From assembly GCA_051362555.1 (NCBI GenBank), contig CM120642.1:19530001-19594000 (forward strand): a stretch of 64,000 nt of DNA. Direction: 5' to 3'. Shown here in pieces: positions 13,753 through 25,781 of the stretch (the stretch's first letter is position 1; every line of letters starts with the position of its first letter). The DNA comes from Lingula anatina. Lineage: Eukaryota; Animalia; Brachiopoda. The translations under genes and the position numbers were made by a program. The notes beneath the pieces were generated by a model. The model saw nothing but the letters and a program-made list of their open reading frames with translations. It was not told the origin of the DNA and searched no databases.

Positions 13753-14691
13753 CTATAAAGCAAGTGAGACAAATGCAAAAAACATCAGTGGAGACATCAA
13801 CAGTCCGCATACACCCAGAGACAAAAGATGCCCACTGCTGGATGGTGTACGGTCGGTTACTCCAGGGAACAACAATCCTGTCGGTGTCTTTCGATTAGAC
13901 TTGCGGTCAGTGTGCACTGGGCAAGGTGAGATCTTCACGCGATCACGTACCTCTATCAGAAAATCCACACCTCTGTAACAGTATGTCGGTATTCTCTCAG
14001 CAAACTTATCTTGCAATGCTGACAAAAAAGGCAATCCATCTCTGTACGTTTTTACTGTTGCTTGTAACAACAATCCAAAGTCTCCTACAACAGCAACGTG
14101 GTCTCTCGTTTCAGGCTGATCAAGGTTCGAGCTGTTCACTGCGCGACATCTGTGATGTACCTTTCTTCTTACCTTCCAGACGTCCCCAAATTCATTGTCC
14201 ATGTGTATCTTTCCAAATGAGAGACGTTTGCCAAAATCTTCGCAGGCGCTAATGGTCTCATTCATGTAAACTTTTACGTATTTGGGAGTCTTAAAAAGCA
14301 AGGTGAGTGTGTATGCCGCCTTGTATATGTGTGTGAAAAGTGACGGGCACGGGACCGACTCTTCCTCTCCTGGGCAGCGTTCCTGGATTAAAAAAGAAAG
14401 CCAATCACATCCTCTATACATTCATTGTCTAATCATGGTGTTAAACTCTTTTTGCATTTATTAATCAGCTAAGAAATTAAAGATTTCCTTAATTTTTTTC
14501 ACCATGCGTTTGCATAGTTTTTTCTCACTTTCAGAAAGGTGCTACTTTCTATCAGTCAAACATACTGGTTGATTTTAACGACGTTGATGCAACACGAGAA
14601 AAGACATCTTACTGTACTCTTTTTGAGAGCCTGAGAAATTTCCCCTGTGTCATAACTCGAATGTATGTTTCAAAATCTTCACACACACACA

Positions 14692-14733
<42 letters not shown>

Positions 14734-17635
14734 TCTCGCGCCGGTCATATAATGAGAATTTTTTTTTTTCATCTGTGTTTTTTTTTTCAAAAATACATAC
14801 GGCCTTAATTTCGAATGAATCCATGAAAAAATATTTATGCTGGTTTTGTATGATCTAAATCGCCTACGCTGTTTGACAAAAACACCGTGAAATTTGGTTG
14901 CCATGCAAAAGCAAAATAAATTGTTTTCCGATTTACGTATATTTGCTGTTTGTTAAACAATTTCACAAATTTGTCTAGGCTAATCAAGTAGTCTGTATTA
15001 AGAATAGCCAATCCTTACCATAATAGTATGGACCTTATTTGCCGTACAGGAATCTGGTAGTGCGGGTGCAAATATATCCACTAAGGCGCGAAATCCAAAG
15101 GGGCCGAAGTTCCTCATCTCTTCCCCTGAAACATCACACATAAAAGCCAATGTCAAATTTCGGGTAATCGTTCTTATCAAACGAAAACTAAGGTATACGT
15201 ATGTTAAATGTACCCTAGGGCGTTCTTCAACAAAATTCTGCCTGGGGCGCTTCCATATTTGGAAGTCATAAGTCTCGTACGTCACATGATTTACCGCCTG
15301 AAGCTGCCTTTCCCGCCTTGGGACGACACAAGAAGCAAAGTGGCTGACGCGGAGTTAGATATTTTGAATTAAGAATATCTTGCAGTCGAAGGTCAGTGCC
15401 ACAATACAAGCAACATTCTGCTTTAAAAACTGATTTTGGTGTAGCCATTGCGCAGCCCTTATAGTGGTATCGGGCGTACATTGAAGCTTAATATAGCTGT
15501 CAAACTTCCCGCACGAAAATGCAGTAGTATCGAAGTAGCAAAGAAGCATTAACGCAGTAGTGGTGTGGAGCATATTTGCAGTAGAAATGCAGCATAGCCT
15601 ACTGCAATTCTACTTCAAAAATTACATAGGGTCGTACAGAGGAGGAGCATTAATGCAGTAGATTTGCAGCATGATAGAAGCATGTTTCAAATATGCTAAT
15701 TAGCTCCCCAGTCGAAGCAGATTTGAAGCATGTTTGCAGTAGAATTGCAGTAGTCTACTGCGCTGGAGTATCTACTGTGTTTTCTTGCGGGTTGGCACAC
15801 GGCAAGCACGTGTATTGTGTGCCGGAGCAAATGTTTTTTATAAGCAAAAAATACAAACAAACATCTGGTATATCTTTTTCTTTTAAAATATATCATTTAC
15901 TTTAAATTTACATATTTTACACAGGAAATAAAATTAAATAAAGCAAAATTAAATCTGTTTTACATTTCATTTTGGTGTAATGACATTCAATTGCAGATTC
16001 ACTGCGCAGCGGTTGTATTTGATTGACGGAAGTCGAACATGGTCGCTGTTCCTCAGAGTCAGGTAATTAAATGCCATTACGATCTGAGTTCTTTTCATTT
16101 CACTGTGCACAGTGAGGGCTTTTATATGATCTTATCTTACATAATATTATTACTTTGTTATCATTATTCTCATTATTATTATTGAACAGGCTCTTGGCGT
16201 AACCAAGCCATGGCGCTCCCCAAACCTATCACTGATTTTTGAAATTGGAAGTGGCCATTTTTGTCAAAATTAGAAAAGCTGAGAAAAATAAGCGGTTATG
16301 CATGCGTACAGGTAAATATATGCCATGGGGTTGACTCGTTGCAAAAAAGGAAGCCTCCAAACAGGCAAAGATATCGATCGCAATTTGCATGCGCACAGCA
16401 TGAGAACCCTTGGGTGTGGGAGTGAGGGGAGGGGGGTTCGACGGATTCAGAGAACCGCCCATAGGACCAATTCAAATATGCTATAACGACAATCATTCAA
16501 TATCTTAAAAATGGGAAACCCGCTGGAATATGAAGATTTAATTACCTTTATCATGTGTGATCTGCTCTGGGCACTGAGCAATTACTGGCTTCTTCCGAAA
16601 ACGGCAAATCCAACAAAAGTGATTTCTGTAGAAAAATCTCCACACAAGTCCATTATCAAACTGTATCATTTCCGTGATAGGCAAACTTGGACCCCTTCTG
16701 CAAAGGTCCCGATAAGGGTTTCCTTCCTGACAATTTCGCCCGCTGTGAAACCATGTATACCCTCTAACGTGAGTGCCATCTTTGATACACGGTCTGCCTA
16801 CGATCCCTGTCGGTTCTTGAAAGAACAGCTGGCAACCGCGAGTAGCATGGACAAGATGGAAAATGTCAGATGTGTTTCTGCTGTTTGCAAAAGTGTCACT
16901 AGAAATCCAGGTGCAAATAACAAACGTTGGCCATGCACTGTATGACGTCACACCATGGCAAATAGCACAGAATGAGTTCTTAAAGGTAAGTCCGGAAACG
17001 GAGTCTGAAACCGGTAGAACAGCCATTCCGTCCTCGTCTGTGCCATTCGGTCTTTCACAGGCCGTGCGAATTCCCACGTCTGACCAGTCATTTGGACATG
17101 CCGAAACCATCCAGAAAAGTTTCCGTTTTCCTCCTCTAGATGTAGGACTAGCCGTGTCCTTTGTCATCTGCGATGTACAGGTGACGTCATCAGGGCCTAT
17201 GATTATTGCATTTGTTGACGATGATGAAGATTTGGAATTGGAGTCATCTGTGTGGTTGCAGGTAATGTTTGCGGCGGAGCAACAGTCACCAAAGATGTTG
17301 CAATACTCATCACAGTAGCATGCTATATTAACAACAGAGTCTAGAGTGTTCCCATTGTACAGACAAAACTTTTCACCTGCAGTCACTTGACTCCAATAAT
17401 TCGGTGCCGTGGCAGTCACATTTTCGAGAGGAACGGTGCTAGTTGCAGGTCTTTGGTTGGAGGCTGTGAAAATATTCCCCGAATTGTCTATACGTGTCAA
17501 AGTAGCTCTGGTAGTTGCCGGTGGTGCTGGTTCACTGCACGAATTGTCGCAACACCTACCGCCTTCTCGCTGGCTGAACACAGAGGCCAGGAAAAGCGTG
17601 TGCAAGACTATTGCTCTTGTGGCCCCATGTATCAT
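13753..17635 (-). CDS. Secreted, probably GPI-anchored Cys-rich protein with somatomedin-B-like motif and Methuselah/adhesion-GPCR-like ectodomain, paralogue 1 (~608 aa)
   Basis: Coding exons 17635-16546 (ATG MIHG...; donor AAAG|GTAATT, phase 1), 15125-15019 (TTTCAG|...ATG|GTAAGG, ends phase 0) and 14382-13753 (ttaatccag|GAA...TAG). Total 1827 nt, in frame. N-terminal hydrophobic signal, CYCDEYCNIFGDCC SMB-like motif, FWMVSACP/PVSD/TFKNSFCAICHG motifs, C-terminal SSSG followed by a hydrophobic tail. All splice sites are conserved in paralogue 2. Confidence 0.85.
15508..15791. mobile_element. MITE with CCC..GGG termini in an intron of paralogue 1
   Basis: TIR cccgcacgaaaatgcagtag / ctactgtgttttcttgcggg, TT on both flanks, internal gcagtag repeats; not present in paralogue 2. 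Confidence 0.6.
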
Positions 17636-20600
17636 TGTGTACTTGCGTATATCGCTGGCTTTCCCTAGGAAAAGAAAATATATTACAATATTAAATAGAA
17701 ATACAGATAGAGACGCATACGCATAGAGATTATTTGTATGAAGATGACCGGGAAGTACCATTCAACGTTATTTCACTCAATCCTTTCCACAGCTGGACTT
17801 ATTCACTCTTTTGTTACCTGAAATTGTGAGCAAGTTTATAAGAATGTATTTTAATAAAGTAATAGCAATCGCTAGTTTACTAAAAACACTTAACAACTAT
17901 CACTTTTACTTTAATATAATTTTGATGAAGTTCGTTACTAGAAATAGGCCTACCCTGTATATTTTGTTGTCTTGTAAGTCTAACCTTTCCCGGAAGTAAT
18001 GAGCAGTAGAACATAAGGGACATGGTGGTTAATTCAGTATAATAGTTTGTTTAATCTTTTTAATTCATGTCGGTATTCGGGTGCGGCCATCTTAACTCCA
18101 ATTTGAAAGAGGCTGCCAGATATAGCTCAAGCAGCAGAAGACGCTTGAAACCCAATAATGTGTAAATTTCATGAAAATATATATACGTTAATGGTACGTG
18201 CTGGCGACGTTTCTGGGATTTTAATTTTAAAATGATAATAACTGAGAAATATACATTTTCAAATAGACAAATGCACTGGTTATCTATAGGGCCGTATACC
18301 GTTATAAGATTATGTATGTGTGCATTTATTCCATCTAACGTAAGAAGATTAGATACAATTATAACGTCAGAAAATACAATAGAGGGAGTGTGATAATGAT
18401 AGGGTCGCTAAACGATTTTGACGGAATATAGTGACTAGCCTAATCCTCTTGTCGCCTGGGAAGGCACGCCCCCTTAGAGTACTAATGTAAACAAAAGGTC
18501 TTCCATACAGAACTATCCTTTTGTTCAACAGCTTCGCGCGTGCAGCGGATTATGTATATAGTGACACTATACAGCTAACTGCAGTTAAATCTGTGAAAGC
18601 TGTTATTTGGTTTATTCTGCTGTGTCGGATGTTGTGGGCCAGCCCAATGGTTCATTCACTCTTTCTTTTCTAAAGATTGGTGATGCATATTTTGAGTGCT
18701 TAATTATTTACCCTCCTTCTTACAAGAGAAAGGGAAAAGGGAGAGAAACAGAGACAGTGTCAAATAAAAAGGGTAAAGAGTAATATAATACATTAATTAA
18801 AGGGACTCGCGGTGGAAGAAACGATAAACTGTTTTGCATCAAGGTTTGCAATTATAATCCCACATGGCCCATTGCATATACGGCCGTACTTTAAATACAT
18901 TACTCATAGTTCTATTAAATTACATTATTTTGCTGAATAGACATACATTTTAAAGTTAATCTTTCAGGAAATCGTTTTGTTTGAAATAACACAAACGACA
19001 GCGGTAAAATCACATATAAATTTATTTTGCAATAAATAACTTTATATTCAAGGTCCATCTACACTTATTGTGAGCTATTACAGAATGTATCGTTAAGTTA
19101 ATATTTTAAATGTATGTCTTTCACTATTTGTTTTTCATGGTTAAAGAATAAAAAAGTATATGATAGGGAGTTATTGACCACAAGTTTAATATTCTTAAGA
19201 AGCAACAAGAGTAGCAGCTGTTTTAAAAGAGGGCACTTGACAGACAAAACAGTTTGGTTTGATGAGTTCATTACACGGTGTAATTCAATGTTTCTACCAC
19301 GAACTTATCACCCAAAAGACAATAGAACAAAAACAAATAATGTGTGATCAGTACGGAAAATTGAATATAATTTCTTGTGAGTTTGTATGAAAAATAAGTC
19401 GTTGACTAAACGGTGATCTTAGTGTTGATCTTCACGAAGCTTGCGCTTTTGCTCTTTATAAAATCGCAGCCCTCTGTTAGCTTGGTTCATCGCAGCAATG
19501 TAGTTTTTCCAGCATTCTGCAGGTCTGGTTGCGTACAATGCCTTCATCTAATGCCTTATCATAAATTAACTTTGTGACATGAAGTAATTAATAAAATACG
19601 CCTGTTGAAGAGGGCATTTTCGTAACTTATACAGGTGCACTGTCAGGCAGGTAAGTTGTTTAGAAAAACATCGTCGCCGTTCGTCTCCCCTACCTTCTGG
19701 AAGCTTATCCTCCGCTTGGATCACCGGCATTTTTTGTTAACTGACAAATTAGGGCAGATGTCAATTAACGTTTTAGCTATTAATTCTAAATTCACTAATA
19801 TTTCGGACTAAACTCCATGTCAGATTCATAGCCTTGACGCAATGCCACCAGAGTAACAGTTTAAATTTCTAAACATTCTATTTCGTTTTTAGCCTGATGT
19901 TTTTTATTATCAGTTGAAAACTTTTCCATGTTCAACTACGTAAACGTGTACTACATGTATTACATGGGACTCTAAAGCACAGGGCATTGTGAAAGTTAAT
20001 TGGCTACAGAGACTTGTTATCCTTCATGCAGTTTTATAGCTTGGATGAACTAGCTTTACTTAGCTTTACTTAATTTACGACAATTTAAACAAAATCAGTC
20101 TGCAAGGCTTGCTTTGACTTGGTGTTAACCTGACACTGGTTTTAAAAGAACAAATATAAATATGTTGGATGGATTAAAACACCGACATCGTTCTATTTTA
20201 ACTTAACGTGGTCATTTACACAGTAACACAGATAATATTTATAAGTTGCGTGTCGTTCAGCACGCATTATAGGCGAGTAGCCAAACAGTGACGATGATCA
20301 ATCCAAGTAAAATCTAGGCAAGTATTGTTTACAAAATAGATCATGATGAATAAACCTACGCTTTAATAAATAATCACCACACGGTTCTGTTTTTGTCACT
20401 TGAAAGCTTTCGTTTAAAGACGCTCAATGATATCAAAAATGATTCGACGCTTTAAAAAATGGACAGGTTCAAGGGGCATTTTTTGTTTCAGCTAGGGGGA
20501 TTTTACGTAAAGGATTCAGTGTAGGTGTTTCTTCGGATGATAGCAGCATCACACCCTAGGTCTAAGCGAGTTGACTAGAAGCTTTTTGTCCAAGCATCTT

Positions 20601-20709
20601 ATTCCTACTACTTAAACTAATAACCCTAAACCACAAAGGTTTATGCGGTAAAAACTATTTAAACTAAATGAGGTGCATTGACAGAGGCATAAGTACAATC
20701 CAACGCCGA

Positions 20710-21245
20710 CGTGCAACAGGGGAAAGTCTGACAGTGTATTACATAATATATGAAAGTACGGTCAATATTAACAGTGTAAGACATCAGTTAAAGAGGAGGG
20801 GGTCTTACTGTCTATTGTTAAACGCGACTGTTATTATCTCTCGAACAAGCTTAAACCATGCCTATACAATTACTGTGTCTCCGGCTGTCGTGCAGAAAAG
20901 GCATGTCGAATATATTTTGCTACAGTTACAAACAGAGTAAACTAGCGACTTGTTCTAGATCGCTCTAGTAAGAAAGCATAAGTGCGGCACCCGAGCACAA
21001 ACAATCAATTATAACATTCATATCTTAGCGTTTACATATGACACGCAAAGAGCTAAGAATTCGCCTTGACAAAGTGCAACAAGGGGGATGTCTGACAGTG
21101 TGGTCACACTACATGTTTATGAAAGTACGATGAATTAGCAGTCTTAGACATCGCTCAAAGAGGAGGGGGCTTACTATAGCCCGCAATCTATTGTTAAACG
21201 CGATCATTATCTTTTCTCAAACAACCATAAACCAAACCTAAACAA
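20710..21245. repeat. Local direct duplication (~160-bp arms, ~365-bp offset)
   Basis: gtgcaaca..ggg..gtctgacagtgt...atgaaagtacg...aaagagg.ggggg.cttact...tctattgttaaacgcga at ~20710 and ~21074. Confidence 0.8.
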
Positions 21246-22200
21246 TAAGATTGTTAAATCAGATAAGTGATGTAAAATCATATTGCAAATTTACGTTGAA
21301 GACGGAGACTGTTTCATTCGCAATGTTATGAAACAAGACTGGTCCAAGTTAACTGCCCATATTGAATAAATCTTAGACTGTTAAACCTAAAGCCCTGCTT
21401 TACGTACTTTGGTAATAGTTATTTAGTAAGCTAGGTTTATTCACATAAATCACAAAGCATAAAGGCCTTATGCTGCAAACAACCCATTTTGAACGCAATC
21501 GTCATCGCTCCCGGACAACCTGAAATCATGCCTAAACAATAGTAGGAGATGCACGTCGAGTAAAAGATTCAACACCTGGGTGCCCAGCACTATTATGTAA
21601 AGGAAAAATGACTTGACGTTTCACGCACAATCATCATCGAAAGCCTAATATCATTATGCTCCATGTGCAGTCGATTTTTATCAAAATAAAAAGTGTGTTT
21701 CATACAAGCAAAATCTAACTTTCCTTTATAACTTTTACTGAACAGCGAAGAGTTACATACACCCGGTTATAAAATTACAAATGTAATTATGCGGCTAATT
21801 TCTCTAATGTAGAATGAAACATTTTGTTGACTTTTAAATGATAGGACAGTCACTATCATCTTAAAAGTAGTTTATGTGCACGTTCCCCTAACGCGCGTGC
21901 AAAAAAATCCCTTCAAATAACCAGATACATATCTGTCTATACTGGTAACTAGTGAAAATCTATCTGTGGCCCTGATAATAGGTAAACACTCACCGCGTTA
22001 GCTGCGACAATGATTATTTCTTCACAGCGATTTATTCATTTAATTATAAAATCATTATTTATTCAGTTTATTTATTCATTTAATTATTTGAAATAACTTA
22101 CATGTATCTTTTTATTTAATGATTTATACCATCTAATTTTTATCTGTTTTTTATTTGATTCCTAATGTCATCTAATTATTTACTTAATTCTTTAAATAAT

Positions 22201-22231
<31 letters not shown>

Positions 22232-23192
22232 TTCATTTATTTATTTATTTATTTATTTATTAAGACTTTCTATTATTTATCCTTTTACGGATTCGCTCTA
22301 TTATTTAAAAAAAATGTGACTTAATGTAGTAATTGAGGCAACACGTCAGCTTGTTATGTGAATGTTTTAATAATGTTTCTTTCTTTGTTATTTCTAAACA
22401 GTAATCTATTTTTACACAGGTCGCGATGATGGAAATTTATGTACGGAGCATCTTTAAACTTTTTGGGTGATTTGTTGATCATGCTGATGTACGATGCTGA
22501 TGCATGTTTATCAAATTCCATTTTTGACCACGGAACACTTCATATGGAATTAAATAACTGATGCTAAATTAAACAAGCAGTTTTCTTGCAACACTTAAAA
22601 CATGATCAGCTGCGCGTCCCAAGCTAGTGAACAAAAGGATAGTTGGCCACGGGAGTGGCACGCGTTAGCATAGATTCTAGCCTCTTAAAGCTATAATCCT
22701 ATCGCCGCAACAAACAATGGGTACCTTCTGGCTGATGTATCCTGCTGTTAATTACACCTAGTTACAGATGTCTACGCTGAACCACAGAAACAGGCGTCAT
22801 GGGGTTCACTCGCCTAAGGTATTGTGTGCTATTACGCCTAAACTTTTGTGTTTTGGCGTTCGAATTTTGAAGGGATTAGACGGCTCTCCATTGTTTGTCC
22901 GCCCCCTTCTATTCACAGGATAGGGATTAAAACATGTATGTTGGCCCTATTTGTATATTTTAAAAAGATTATACATTCTGGTGGGTAAAAAGCCTGTAAC
23001 CTTGGTCATTTTGAGGAAACCCATGGTAGCCGCCATTTTCCACTACATTTGTGCCACATACATAAATTATAAAATAAGTAGTGATTATATTTCAATATTG
23101 ATAGAAACAACTCTGGTTGGTGATGCTGCTCCCTTTCCTGCCAAGGGCGAATGATAACGATAATACCATATACTACTGGGTAAACCCAATGA

Positions 23193-23349
23193 CAGGGGCG
23201 GATCTAGGATTATTTGAAGGGGGGGTTGCGTATGCGAAGCCGATCTTCACCGCCTACGGTTTAGAACTATGATTCAGCTAGTCTAAAATTCTAATTCCAA
23301 GAGGGGACTGTTTGTGTAATCGTAGGGAGGGGCCCTAAACCCGCCACTG
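23193..23349. mobile_element. MITE with CAGGGGCGGATC-type TIR
   Basis: caggggcggatctagg ... cctaaacccgccactg, flanked by the direct repeat CAATGA. Confidence 0.75.
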
Positions 23350-23940
23350 CAATGAGCATCAATCCCATGACCGGGATGTTGGACCCATTACTGTAGAACG
23401 ATACGGACATAAATTTTGTTGTCTAACAGCTTCTTCGTATGGCATGGATAAGGTCAGTGTGAATACAGAGTTCGGAGGTCAATGCTTTTGGAACATACAT
23501 TACCATTTAGGGCGGCTCTTTCCGTAATGTAAAAGACATGGTATAAATTGAAATTTGAATTTAAATTGAGACAGTCGTGTATTTTTGTTCTGTACACATA
23601 TATGTATGTTTTAACAATTGAATACAACTTTTAATTCATTCAATTTTATTTTTTTTTTTTGACACTTCAACAAGTTAAATGCACCTCTGTATTGGGTTTG
23701 GGTGTTTTAAGTTTAAACTACACTGCACCATTTAAATCATTTATGTCGACAAAAATACGTTTTTAAGTCTAAACTACATAATTCGACTCTGAAATAGGTT
23801 AATGTATCCCGTATATCGGTATGTTTTTTTCTATTTGAAAAATATTTTTCATGTCCATATGTATGGCCTGCAGTCTTGGTTTTAGAATTATAAATATTTT
23901 CAGTTCTAGAAAGGCATAGATAAAATTCCAGAACTCTTAC

Positions 23941-24077
23941 CTGTGGTTGAGCCAGAGCTCTTTTATGTCTTGAAGACGGATCACCGGTCACTCAACTGCA
24001 AATTCTAATTTGGACCATCTCTTCCCTTGAAGCCTTTTCTTCCACTGATTCGAAGTCGAGAGCATCCTGCATTTATA
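23941..24077 (-). promoter_or_regulatory. Putative core promoter and non-coding exon 1 of paralogue 1
   Basis: Minus-strand TATAAAT (24077-24071) lies 31 nt upstream of the A of a TCAGT initiator (24046). A donor CAG|GTAAGA follows at 23940. An acceptor ttttcctag| lies at 17665, just upstream of the ATG. Confidence 0.55.
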
Positions 24078-24079
24078 TC

Positions 24080-25748
24080 CTATGATGATAAAATAGCCCG
24101 ACCTTTGCAATGTATGTCCAATGAAGGAAGATTTCGCATACGTGTTACACCTTAGGGATTGGTTTTTTCGTGATTTGGATTTATTTCCTTTGACATACCA
24201 TCATGTTTATCAGTAATTTGTTTTTCAGCATTATATAGTGATAATTAGATCACGTAGGGCTTATTTAACAGGTGGGGTCATTTTCACCTCATTAAATTTG
24301 AAATGTGTTGTTATGTGAGGGGGCGCATGTTTGTTCATCAAAATCTGCCATGAGCGGATATTGATTGAGATAAAACGTCTTCTCAAATCAGTCTTATTCT
24401 GTAAACTACGTTTTTGGACTATGATGTTTGAGTGCCAATTAAAATTTTGTGTGCCAAAGAAATCTTAAATCTGAAATCTGAAATCTTAATAAAACTACAT
24501 TCAGGGCCGTAGCCTCCGGGGGGGCAGGGGGGGCAGCTGCCCCCCTGGGATTTAGAATTTTCCACACAGGTAGGGGGACACCCCCTCCCCCCTCGGGGGC
24601 TTCGCCCCCTCGTGTCCGGTTACTGCCCCCCCTGGCATTTTGCTCAAGCTACGGCCCTGACATTTACATAAAACTACGTATAAGGGATCATTCCCCTTTT
24701 ATTTTAATCATACTTGGATGGGGTTTTTTAACAAGACTGATTTAATGTGTGGAACATCCATCTAAAATATAATTAGAAAAACGACAGAAGTGGGAGAAAT
24801 ATTTGTGCCAAGACGTCTCAGGTTCTGCTGGATGTGAATTATGAGGAAAAATTAGAATTACCCTAACCTCAAGCAACCAAATAGTGAATATCATCAAATT
24901 ATTAAAAAGGGATGGATGGAAAGTTTTGGTTCTGCAGTAAAGAAGCCAGGGAAGCAATTACTATGAACTGAGACCAGCAAAGAGGTTACCAAGGAAATTT
25001 CTTATGTCTGGATGTCCAATAATATATTTCCTCTCTTTGAAAACATTTCCGACAGAATAACTGATTATTAAGGCTACATACATGTATAAATAGCATTGCA
25101 TTTAAAGATTAAAATCATAAACACGCTTTGTCAAGTTTTGTTTGAACTATTTGACTTACGTGTACCATCACTTCTAGTCATTGCATTTCACAGGCAGCTA
25201 ATGCTTCATTAGTTCCCCAAATATATTATAATCCAACATTCTTCTGTTGTTCTTCTCAAAGGTAAGAAAAATACTTTATTTGGAGATTATCTCGGCAAAT
25301 TATTTGCTGGCTTCGGCATGTGACGGATATTTCTTCCTGCTTCCTACAGTGTACATGTAAACCAAAAGTGTATCATACAGTACATCCTATCGTAAAATAT
25401 TCATTTTGGTAAGGATAATTGATTTTTAATTATAATTCCCATCCAACAGATGTCGGGAGATCTTATGGCTGCTCATTTTTTGATCAAGATGACTGAGGTG
25501 GTTCATTGTCCCCATTATCGGCATTTTTGCTCTCCATTTTAGTGAACAATTTCTCTGTAAAATGTACAATCTCAGTATTAACCTCAGGAATGGATCCTAC
25601 AACGCATGTCTTTTAATAAAAAGAAAAAAAGAACAGCAACTTTTTTTGTTTATATTCAAAATTTGTGAGATAGTCACGTTCCTTATCTAGTAGGCCTTTC
25701 CCATGTAGCGCTAAAAGATTGTTTAATTTGCGCATAGTGGTTTCGGGG

Positions 25749-25781
<33 letters not shown>

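Larger units (their letters stand above)
9445..18295. repeat. Segmental duplication unit 1 (homologous to ~29050-35750)
   Basis: Colinear similarity across introns, exons and flanks, e.g. accgagaatg..ctaattattcaa.aatgcatctatcttt at ~9466 and ~29089. Also 1680-2126 matches ~28590-29040. Confidence 0.9.

Noticed and set aside
14609-14680. Extra coding exon (GKFLRLSKRV) in the SMB-like gene
   Set aside because: Its splice sites are not conserved in paralogue 2, and exons 2 and 3 already join in phase 0.
17636-17761. N-terminal extension of the 407-aa ORF
   Set aside because: It crosses a polypyrimidine acceptor at 17665 and is not open in paralogue 2. The MIHG start is conserved in both.
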